A stretch of DNA of 39,206 nt from an uncultured Chloroflexota bacterium (GTDB lineage: Bacteria; Chloroflexota; Limnocylindria; Limnocylindrales; Limnocylindraceae). The position numbers were made by a program, and so were the translations under genes. A model generated the notes under the pieces. It did not search any database, was not told the DNA's origin, and saw only the letters and a program-made list of their open reading frames with translations. Location of the stretch: NCBI GenBank assembly GCA_903938075.1, contig CAJABS010000073.1, forward strand, positions 1-39,206. Reading direction: 5' to 3'. Positions 17,296-24,812 of this stretch are shown piece after piece; the first letter of the stretch is position 1; each line of letters opens with the position of its first letter.

Positions 17296-18674
17296 GCGTC
17301 ACCGCCGTCCTCCCCTTCCGTTCAATCGACTCCGCGAAGTCGCGCATGTCGCCAGCCCTGAGCGAGGGAGAACGCCGTGAGTTCTCGGCGCGCCTCCTTG
17401 AGCGAACCCTGCTGGCGCTCGGTCGTGCCGCACGTATCAGCAACGTGATCCTGGTCTCACCTGATCCGCTCGCCCGCGCGCTTGCACGCAGCGGCGGACA
17501 TGAGGCGCTCGACGACGGCGGCGTCGACCTGAATGCAGCGATCGCACTCGGCATCGGGCAGGCGACAGCGAGTGGCGCAACTGCGGTGCTGATCCTGCCG
17601 GTGGATCTTGCCGAGGTCACTGCGGCAAACATTGATGCGCTTCTGAGCGGCTGGTCAGGTGTGCAGCCTGGACTCCTCGCATCACCCGATGGCGGCACCT
17701 CGGCGCTCTTGGTGCCACTCCCGCGCACCTTTACGCCGCAGTTCGGAGAGAACAGTGCAGCGGCGCACCGCACCGAGCTGAGCCGTGACGGTGCCCAGGT
17801 TGAGACGCTTGTCTCGCCACTTACCGCGGACCTCGACACGCCGAGCGATCTGAAGGCCGCCATAGAGCGCGAGCGAACGGCCGCCACACCAGCGCCAACA
17901 GATGGACTGCTCGCACTCCCGATTGACGGACTCGGTGAGATCGAACCGGGTGACGACCTACCCGCCATGATCGCAAGCTGTGTGGCAGCGATCGCCGCGA
18001 CGAGCGCGATTGGCGATCTACGCAGTGACGATGTCATCGCCGTGACCCAGAAGATCGTCTCGAAGGCAGAGGGGGCCATCGTTGAGCTGGCCACCATTAC
18101 GCCAAGGCCGGAGGCGGTGGAGTACGCGGCAAAGTGGAGTCGCGACGCGCGCCAGGTTGAGGTGGTGCTGCAAGAGGCGATTCGCGTGGTCCGCATGGAT
18201 CGCGGCGTGATCATCACGGAGACGGCGCACGGCTTTGTGCTTGCGAACTCTGGTGTTGACGCTAGCAATGTTGGCCCGCGCAGCGGCGAGGTGGTGACAC
18301 TCCTACCGCGCGATCCCGATGGCTCGGCGCGCGCGATTCGCGAGGCGATCCGCCTGCGCACTGGCATCGCGCCCGGAGTCATCATCACCGACTCCTTCGG
18401 CCGCCCGTGGCGCCTCGGCATTACCGACGTTGCAATTGGCGTGGCCGGCATTGCGGCGCTGGAGGATCTGCGCGGCAAGCCCGACGCCGATGGGCGGACG
18501 ATGGCTGCAACCGTTCGGGCCGTTGCCGACCAGATCGCCGCTACTGCTGAGCTCGCCCTTGGGAAGACCGCCCGTCGCCCACTCGCGCTTATCCGCGGCG
18601 CGCACCCTGAGGTTGCTGAGGACGGGAGCGCTCGATCGAGCCTAATGCCTCCTGATTGGGACCTCTTCCGCTAA
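17292..18674 (+). CDS. cofC-cofE: fusion protein: CofC/FbiD guanylyltransferase (aa ~1-190) plus CofE F420-0:gamma-glutamyl ligase (aa ~205-460)
   Basis: N-terminal half: VLPFRSIDSAKSRM, VLILPVDLAEV, DGGTSALL, DLDTPSDL. Linker: ERERTAATPAPTDG. C-terminal half: VTQKIVSKAEG, LANSGVDASN, VIITDSFGRPWRLG, GKTARRPLALIRG. It is a single uninterrupted frame with a GTGA overlap with the cofD stop. Confidence 0.85.
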   Translation: MSVTAVLPFRSIDSAKSRMSPALSEGERREFSARLLERTLLALGRAARISNVILVSPDPLARALARSGGHEALDDGGVDLNAAIALGIGQATASGATAVLILPVDLAEVTAANIDALLSGWSGVQPGLLASPDGGTSALLVPLPRTFTPQFGENSAAAHRTELSRDGAQVETLVSPLTADLDTPSDLKAAIERERTAATPAPTDGLLALPIDGLGEIEPGDDLPAMIASCVAAIAATSAIGDLRSDDVIAVTQKIVSKAEGAIVELATITPRPEAVEYAAKWSRDARQVEVVLQEAIRVVRMDRGVIITETAHGFVLANSGVDASNVGPRSGEVVTLLPRDPDGSARAIREAIRLRTGIAPGVIITDSFGRPWRLGITDVAIGVAGIAALEDLRGKPDADGRTMAATVRAVADQIAATAELALGKTARRPLALIRGAHPEVAEDGSARSSLMPPDWDLFR

Positions 18675-18701
18675 GCGGCCAGCCCAGATCTGTGGGGGGC
18701 G

Positions 18702-18707
18702 TAGAAT
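18702..18707 (+). promoter_or_regulatory. -10-like hexamer TAGAAT, 6 nt before the trxB ATG (candidate leaderless promoter)
   Basis: TAGAAT-cgctcc-ATG(18714) in a 39-bp intergenic gap. No Shine-Dalgarno sequence. Confidence 0.5.
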
Positions 18708-18713
18708 CGCTCC

Positions 18714-19763
18714 ATGACGAACGCAGAGACCCCCAAGGGATTCGGGTTAGCAATTGACTTCGGCGCAGCCGCGCCAGCAGCCGATCCTGCCGTCGCCACG
18801 AAGGCTGCCCCCGCCGCTCCGACGGAGGCACGCTTGCTGATCCTCGGCTCTGGTCCAGCTGGACTCACCGCAGCAATTTATGCCGCACGTGCCGGTCTCG
18901 CCCCTGTTGTGATCGGTGGCTACGCCCCTGGCGGCCAGCTGATGCTCACCAGTGAAGTTGAAAACTTCCCCGGATTTCCTGAAGGTATTGACGGCCCAGA
19001 GCTCATGGCCAATATGCGTAAGCAGGCAGAGCGCTTCGGCACGATCATGGTGGACCAGGATGTTGACCGCGTTGACCTGAGTGCCGAACCGCACCGTGTC
19101 TGGAGCGCAGGTCGTGAATTTCACGCCGAAGCGATCATCGTGGCAACCGGCGCATCGGCTCTCTGGCTCGGACTCGAATCCGAAACCCGACTTCGTGGAC
19201 GCGGCGTCAGCGCCTGTGCAACCTGTGACGGCTTCTTCTTCAAGGGGCAAGAGGTTGTCGTCGTTGGTGGCGGCGACACGGCCCTTGAAGAGGCGCTCTT
19301 CCTGACGCGCTTCGCAACCAAGGTGCACCTTGTGCATCGGCGTGACACATTCCGCGCCAGCAAGATCATGATCTCGCGCGTTCAGGCCCATGCCTCTATT
19401 CAGCTGCACATGAACCGCGAGGTGATTGAAGTGCTCGGCGAGAAGAGTACAGAGGCGGTCATGCTGCGGGACACCACCCCTGGCGCAACGAGTGCCCCAG
19501 AGCGACTCGCCACTGGTGGACTCTTCGTTGCAATCGGTCACAAGCCGAACACGGCACTGCTCGGCGGAGCACTCCCTGTAGATGCTGCCGGCTATCTGCA
19601 GCTTGAGAGCGAAACGACAGCGTCTCAAATTGACGGAGTCTTTATTGCCGGCGATGTGCATGATCACCGCTACCGCCAGGCGGTGACCGCCGCAGGAGAT
19701 GGCTGCCGTGCCGCACTGGACGCTGAGCGCTGGTTGGCGGAGCGCGACGCCACAAAGTCGTAA
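18714..19763 (+). CDS. trxB: thioredoxin-disulfide reductase with ~36-aa Ala/Pro-rich N-terminal extension
   Basis: Motifs LLILGSGPAGLTAAIYAARAG, redox-active CATCDG, VVVVGGGDTALEEALFLT, HRRDTFRAS, FIAGDV. A shorter product from an in-frame TTG just before LILGSG cannot be excluded. Confidence 0.88.
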   Translation: MTNAETPKGFGLAIDFGAAAPAADPAVATKAAPAAPTEARLLILGSGPAGLTAAIYAARAGLAPVVIGGYAPGGQLMLTSEVENFPGFPEGIDGPELMANMRKQAERFGTIMVDQDVDRVDLSAEPHRVWSAGREFHAEAIIVATGASALWLGLESETRLRGRGVSACATCDGFFFKGQEVVVVGGGDTALEEALFLTRFATKVHLVHRRDTFRASKIMISRVQAHASIQLHMNREVIEVLGEKSTEAVMLRDTTPGATSAPERLATGGLFVAIGHKPNTALLGGALPVDAAGYLQLESETTASQIDGVFIAGDVHDHRYRQAVTAAGDGCRAALDAERWLAERDATKS

Positions 19764-20503
19764 TGTCGCGTCACGATGAGGAGATCGCCCTCATTGACAC
19801 TGCTCGCGCCGAACTGCTCTCACTCGTCACCCACGAACTACGCACACCCCTCGCCGTACTAAGCGCCTACGTCGAGCTGCTCTCAGACGCGGCCTCTGGC
19901 GCATCCCCCGCAAAGCCAGCCGACCTTGCCGCCTGGCGCGAAGCGGCAATGCAGCAGGTTGGTCGCCTCAACCTGCAGATTGATTCGATCCTCACCGCCG
20001 CCCGACCCGGCTCAAGCCTGCCACTGCAGACTGCTCCGATGAGCCTCGGCACGATCACTGGCGCTGTGATTCGGGATATGGCGCCACTCCTACGTAACCA
20101 CTCTCTTCGCTGGGAGCAGCCGGAGCCCGAGATCGTCGTGCTTGCCGACGAGAGTCGCTTCCGCCAAGTGCTCGGCCACCTCCTAGAGAATGAGGCGAAG
20201 TACGCCCCCGTTGGCGAACCGGTCTCCATTGGCTGCTGGTCTCGCGATGGTCGCGCTGAGCTCTATCTAACCGACGATGGGGCGGGAATCCCTCGCGAAG
20301 ATTGGGAGGAGATCTTTGAAGCCTTCGTACGTCGCACACAACGCCCCTCCGCGAGTGGCTCGGGGATCGGCCTATACGCAGCGCGTCGTCTCATGGGGGC
20401 GATGGGTGGCGAGATTCGGATTGAACCGAATGGATTCGGCGGAAGCCGCTTCCTACTTACGCTGCCACTCGCCCCTGAAGCACACGGCATACTTGCCAGA
20501 TGA
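19763..20503 (+). CDS. soluble histidine kinase consisting only of DHp and CA domains (no sensor or TM domain)
   Basis: The H-box SLVTHELRTPLAVLSAYVELL starts at residue ~20. N-box LLENEAKYAP, G1 DDGAGIPREDWEEIFEAF, G2 GSGIGLYAARRLM. 246 aa. TAATG overlap with the trxB stop. Confidence 0.85.
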   Translation: MSRHDEEIALIDTARAELLSLVTHELRTPLAVLSAYVELLSDAASGASPAKPADLAAWREAAMQQVGRLNLQIDSILTAARPGSSLPLQTAPMSLGTITGAVIRDMAPLLRNHSLRWEQPEPEIVVLADESRFRQVLGHLLENEAKYAPVGEPVSIGCWSRDGRAELYLTDDGAGIPREDWEEIFEAFVRRTQRPSASGSGIGLYAARRLMGAMGGEIRIEPNGFGGSRFLLTLPLAPEAHGILAR

Positions 20504-21210
20504 GCACCGAAACACCAACCACGCCCCTGGCGATCTTGGTGGTCGACGACGACCCAGCGCTCGTTGGCGCAATCTCCGCCCTGCTGACCGCTGGCGACTA
20601 CCAGGTTCATGCCGCCTATAACGGGGTGGAGGCCGTTGAGCAGTTTGATGCCACGAAGCCGGCGCTGGTCCTGCTCGATCTGGCGATGCCTGGCCGTGAT
20701 GGCCTCAATGTCATTCATGAGATTCGTACCCGCAGCGCCACGCCAATCATCGTACTGACCGGCGAAGCGGATGAGGCGGCAAAGGTTGATGCCCTAGACG
20801 CTGGCGCCGATGATTACGTCACTAAGCCGTTCGGCCGCCAGGAGCTCCTCGCTCGCGTCCGCGCTGCACTGCGACGCGGTGGTGAGCCGGCCGATGGCTC
20901 CGCTCGCGATCGCACCATCACTGGCGCGGCAGGCCTGCGCATTGATATCAGTCGACATGAGGTGCACGTCGGCTCGCAGCTCCTCGCTCTCACCAAAACA
21001 GAGTTCAATATCTTGGAGGCCCTCGCCTCGGTGAAGGGTCGCGTTGTGACACAGCAGCGACTCCTCGCCGCCGCCTGGCCGAACAAGGCGACCCCTGATC
21101 CGCTCCTTCTGAAGCCGCACGTCGCGCGTCTGCGCAGCAAGCTCGAAGAGGCTGGCGGTCCGCTCCCTGAATCGGTTCGCGGGGTTGGCTACCGACTAGG
21201 GGCGAGCTAG
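20500..21210 (+). CDS. OmpR/PhoB-family response regulator (KdpE-like)
   Basis: Motifs ILVVDDDPAL, LVLLDLAMPGRDG, PIIVLTGEADEAAKVDALDAGADDYVTKPF and a winged-helix C-terminus (LTKTEFNILEAL...VRGVGYRL). ATGA overlap with the kinase stop. Confidence 0.9.
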   Translation: MSTETPTTPLAILVVDDDPALVGAISALLTAGDYQVHAAYNGVEAVEQFDATKPALVLLDLAMPGRDGLNVIHEIRTRSATPIIVLTGEADEAAKVDALDAGADDYVTKPFGRQELLARVRAALRRGGEPADGSARDRTITGAAGLRIDISRHEVHVGSQLLALTKTEFNILEALASVKGRVVTQQRLLAAAWPNKATPDPLLLKPHVARLRSKLEEAGGPLPESVRGVGYRLGAS

Positions 21211-22356
21211 CTACTCCTCGCCCACGCCAATCAGGAGTGCGCTCGCCGTGGCGAGAGGCATTGCTAGAAGAACACCAGCGGTGCCTGCGAGGGCACGTAC
21301 CACTTCAACCGCAACGGTTTCCGTGCTGAGTCGGCTCGCGAGACCGCCTGGGGCGATCAGGGCGGCGACCACAAGTGGGAGCGATGCGGCGAAATAGGCG
21401 AGCGGTAGCGTGTTGATCACCGCACCTACATGGGAGCGCCCGATCGCCAGCGCCCGACTGCCCACATCAAGGCTGCCAGCGCGCACATCTGCGCGGCGAA
21501 TCTGCTCAACCGCCGCAACCTGAGTCGCGGCCACATCGTCGACGATCCCGAGCGTGCCGATCATTGCCGCGGCCAGACCAATGCCACGAAGATCAACGTT
21601 GCCGCCAAGAATCGGAATGAGGTTGACGAGGTCTGGATCGCCAGCAAATGGCGTAAAGGCGAGCAGGCGATCGAGAAGAATCGAGATGAGTGCGACGGCG
21701 GCAAGGCTCCCCCCGATCCCCAAGATCGTTGCAGTTGCACGCCGATTGAAACCTTCCGTGATTACAACGGAGGAGACGCCGACGACGAGGGCAATTCCCC
21801 CAGCAACGACGAGAGGTGAGGCTCCGGAGAGGAGCGCCGGAATCCCGAACCGCACCAGTACGACACCGGTAACGGTGAGTGCAAGGAGTGCGCGTGCGCC
21901 GACCCCTCCCGCAATCGCTACGACCGCAGCGGCAAAGAGTGCAAGGGCGATCAGTAGCGCCCCACCTCTAGAGCGATCCGCAACGACAAAGACTGCTCCC
22001 CCACTAGCGTCGGTGACTTCCGTGAGGAGGACCTCATCACCCTTGTTGTACGGAATCGAGCCGGCAATGTCGCTCGCCTGATCCACTGAGGCGGTGAGGC
22101 GCTCTCCAAGGCGTGGACCCTCAAGGAGCTCAACGGTCGCACTGCCCGAGGATCCCCCTTCCCCAGGGAGAGGCTGAGAGACGATGACGGCACGCAGGAG
22201 TACGGGGGCGCTCGTGTCGGTTGGGAGCGTCCATGGGCTTGGCGCCACAAGGAGCACGAGGAGCAGCAGTGCCGAGCCAGCGAGGCGGGCAGCGCCGGCC
22301 AGCCACGCTCGGCTCGTGCGAGGATCTCGTCGTGTGCCGGTGCTACTTGCTGGCAT
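21211..22356 (-). CDS. YibE/F-family integral membrane protein
   Basis: ORF 21211..22368 trimmed to ATG 22356 (GGGGG 7 nt upstream). It has an N-terminal TM plus an external domain, then a polytopic region with GTLGIVDDVAATQVAAVEQI and GRSHVGAVINTLPLAYFAASLPLV, typical of YibE/F. Confidence 0.65.
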   Translation of the reverse strand: MPASSTGTRRDPRTSRAWLAGAARLAGSALLLLVLLVAPSPWTLPTDTSAPVLLRAVIVSQPLPGEGGSSGSATVELLEGPRLGERLTASVDQASDIAGSIPYNKGDEVLLTEVTDASGGAVFVVADRSRGGALLIALALFAAAVVAIAGGVGARALLALTVTGVVLVRFGIPALLSGASPLVVAGGIALVVGVSSVVITEGFNRRATATILGIGGSLAAVALISILLDRLLAFTPFAGDPDLVNLIPILGGNVDLRGIGLAAAMIGTLGIVDDVAATQVAAVEQIRRADVRAGSLDVGSRALAIGRSHVGAVINTLPLAYFAASLPLVVAALIAPGGLASRLSTETVAVEVVRALAGTAGVLLAMPLATASALLIGVGEE

Positions 22357-22415
22357 CAATACCCCCACTGATTTGCATCATCGTAGCCGCTCATCTGGCG
22401 TTTACCTTCGAACCC

Positions 22416-22421
22416 TAGAAT
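22416..22421 (+). promoter_or_regulatory. -10-like hexamer TAGAAT, 6 nt before the DUF971 ATG (candidate leaderless promoter of DUF971-ppk1-CYTH)
   Basis: TAGAAT-ctccct-ATG(22428). This is the same architecture as at trxB. Confidence 0.5.
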
Positions 22422-22427
22422 CTCCCT

Positions 22428-22769
22428 ATGCAGGAAGCAGCACAAGGGGCACCCGTCGCGATTCGTATCCTCCGCGAGCAGCAACGCCTTGAGCTGGACT
22501 GGCGCGATGGTCATCAGAGCATTTATGACGCGATCCCGCTGCGATGGCTCTGCCCCTGCGCCTACTGCCGCGGTGAGGCGGGTCTCCCGGGCTGGCTCGA
22601 CGCCAATCCAACCCTTAGCCCAAGCCAAACGAAACTCGAGGGTGGCGAAATGGTGGGCAGCTATGCCCTCTGCCTCTTCTGGGGCGACGGACATCGCACC
22701 GGTTACTACACCTGGTCGCTGCTCCGGCAGCGCTGCTCCTGCGCCGATTGCATGAGCGGCCCGCGGTGA
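22428..22769 (+). CDS. DUF971 (gamma-butyrobetaine-hydroxylase N-terminal-like) domain protein
   Basis: Motifs LELDWRDGHQSIYDAIPLRWLCPCAYCRGE and VGSYALCLFWGDGHRTGYYTWSLL, with C-terminal CSCADC. Confidence 0.72.
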   Translation: MQEAAQGAPVAIRILREQQRLELDWRDGHQSIYDAIPLRWLCPCAYCRGEAGLPGWLDANPTLSPSQTKLEGGEMVGSYALCLFWGDGHRTGYYTWSLLRQRCSCADCMSGPR

Positions 22770-24805
22770 CGCTCGGAGTCAGCCGAGAGCTCTCTCTCCT
22801 GGCCTTCAACGCTCGCGTTTTGACGGAAGCGTCCAACAGCAAGCGCCCACTACTCGATCGCTTCCGCTTTCTCGGCATCGTCGCATCGAACATCGATGAG
22901 TTCTACGGGGTGCGTGTTGCCGGCATTCAGGACCAGCAGGTCGCTGGCGTGCGAACCCCTGGACCTGACGGCCGAACTCCCGACGTGCAACTTGCCCTGA
23001 TTCGCGAAGCGACCGACCTCCTTACCGAATCGGCACAGGAGAGTTGGGGCACGCTGATCGAAGAGCTGCGCAGTGCTGGGTTGCCGCTGCGAAGGTGGTC
23101 CGACCTCGATGCCGCCGAGCAGTCAATCCTCACGGAGCGATTCACGCGAGAGATCTTCCCCGTGCTAACCCCTCTCGCAGTTGACCCGGGCCACCCATTT
23201 CCGCTGATTAGCTCACTCAGCCTCTCGGTCGCGATACGGCTCCGCGCACATGGCGGCGAAGAGATTTCACTGGCGCGTGTAAAGGTGCCAACAATCCTTG
23301 GCCGAATCGTGCAATTCGGCAACGGTGACTGGATCTTGATGGAAGAGCTGATCTTGGCTCATCTTGACCTCCTCTTCCCTGGCACAGAGATCGTTGACGC
23401 ACACCTCTTCCGAGTCACACGCGACGCCGACCTCGACACCGTAGAGGAGGAGGCAGACGACCTCCTTGAGGCGATCGAAGAGGGGCTCCGCCAGCGGCGG
23501 TTCGGCAGCGTGGTGCGCCTCGAGGTTGGCACTGAGATGCCAGGCGATCTGCTTGAGATGCTCTTGACTGGGCTTGAGATTAGCCAGAGCGAAGTGCAAG
23601 TGATCGGGGGAACCCTTGACCTCTCTGTTGCGCTACAAGTCGCGAACCTCCCTCACCCGGAACTGCGCGCCCCACGATGGCAACCGGTCACGCCAGCGCG
23701 CATCACTGCAAGCACGTCAGCCGATGCTCCGAACGGCGACATGTTCAAGGTGATCGCCGAAGGCGACCTGCTGGTGCATCACCCATATGACAGCTTCGAG
23801 GCGAGCGTTGACCGTCTCTTTGCTCAGGCAGCCGATGATCCTGATGTGCTCTCGATCCGCTCCACGCTCTACCGAACTGGGGCGACCTCAAGCATCCCCG
23901 CGCATCTGATCCGCGCCGCCCAGGCAGGGAAAGAGGTGGTGGTGCTCGTCGAGCTGAAGGCGCGCTTCGACGAGGCGGCCAATATTGAGTGGGCCCGACG
24001 ACTTGAAGAGGCGGGGGCACACGTGGTCTACGGCGTGATGGGCCTCAAGACGCACTGCAAGGCGACGCTGATTGCGCGACGTGAGGGCGCGGTGATTCGT
24101 CGCTATGTGCACCTCTCTACGGGGAACTACAACCCGAAGACAGCACGCGGCTACACCGACATCGGCCTCTTCACCACAAACGACGTGATCGGCACCGACG
24201 TGGCCGCCCTCTTCAACTTCCTGACTGGTGGTGCTCGCACCTCGTCGTACACGCGCATCTTGGTGGCACCAGACCACCTACGCAGTGAGATCAAGCGGCA
24301 CATTGAGCGCCTCACAGAGCAGGCACGAACCGGCGCCGCAACGTCGATCACCATCAAGGTGAACGCCCTGATCGATCCCGAAATGATCGCAGCCCTCGAT
24401 CGAGCCGCTGAGGCGGGAGTCTCCATGGACCTGATCGTTCGTGGCATGTGTGGCCTCCTGCCAAGCCCGGAGCGCCATGGCACCCGCCTGCGGATTCGCT
24501 CGGTGATCGGCGACTACCTTGAGCACAGCCGCATCTATCGCTTTGCGGGGCCCGATGGCGTTGATCTTTTCGCTGGAAGTGCGGACCTGATGGAGCGCAA
24601 CCTTGACCGACGCGTAGAGGTGCTCTTCCCACTCGAAGGCGATGAGGTTCGCCGCAAGACTGACGAGATCCTCGCCGCGCTCCTCGCCGACACATCCAAC
24701 GCCTGGACGTTGCAGCCAGACGGGGCCTGGGAGCGCCTCGCAGACACTGGAACCTCATCGTTTGAAACCTTGCGACAGGTGGCACTCGCCGCATCTCAGG
24801 CATAA
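22748..24805 (+). CDS. ppk: polyphosphate kinase 1
   Basis: ELSLLAFNARVLTEASNSKRPLLDRFRFLGIVASNIDEFYGVRVAG is a PPK1 N-terminus. Further motifs: HHPYDSF, VLVELKARFDE, GLKTHCKATLIARRE, HLSTGNYN, two PLD-like C-terminal domains. The start is ATG 22748 (22-nt overlap with DUF971) or GTG 22766 (GTGA overlap). Confidence 0.92.
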   Translation: MHERPAVTLGVSRELSLLAFNARVLTEASNSKRPLLDRFRFLGIVASNIDEFYGVRVAGIQDQQVAGVRTPGPDGRTPDVQLALIREATDLLTESAQESWGTLIEELRSAGLPLRRWSDLDAAEQSILTERFTREIFPVLTPLAVDPGHPFPLISSLSLSVAIRLRAHGGEEISLARVKVPTILGRIVQFGNGDWILMEELILAHLDLLFPGTEIVDAHLFRVTRDADLDTVEEEADDLLEAIEEGLRQRRFGSVVRLEVGTEMPGDLLEMLLTGLEISQSEVQVIGGTLDLSVALQVANLPHPELRAPRWQPVTPARITASTSADAPNGDMFKVIAEGDLLVHHPYDSFEASVDRLFAQAADDPDVLSIRSTLYRTGATSSIPAHLIRAAQAGKEVVVLVELKARFDEAANIEWARRLEEAGAHVVYGVMGLKTHCKATLIARREGAVIRRYVHLSTGNYNPKTARGYTDIGLFTTNDVIGTDVAALFNFLTGGARTSSYTRILVAPDHLRSEIKRHIERLTEQARTGAATSITIKVNALIDPEMIAALDRAAEAGVSMDLIVRGMCGLLPSPERHGTRLRIRSVIGDYLEHSRIYRFAGPDGVDLFAGSADLMERNLDRRVEVLFPLEGDEVRRKTDEILAALLADTSNAWTLQPDGAWERLADTGTSSFETLRQVALAASQA

Positions 24806-24812
24806 TCTCGCC

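Noticed and set aside
17288-18478. A 396-aa ORF on the - strand, antisense to cofC::cofE.
   Set aside because: It is Ser/Ala/Arg/Pro-rich junk with no motifs. The opposite strand carries clear CofC and CofE motifs.
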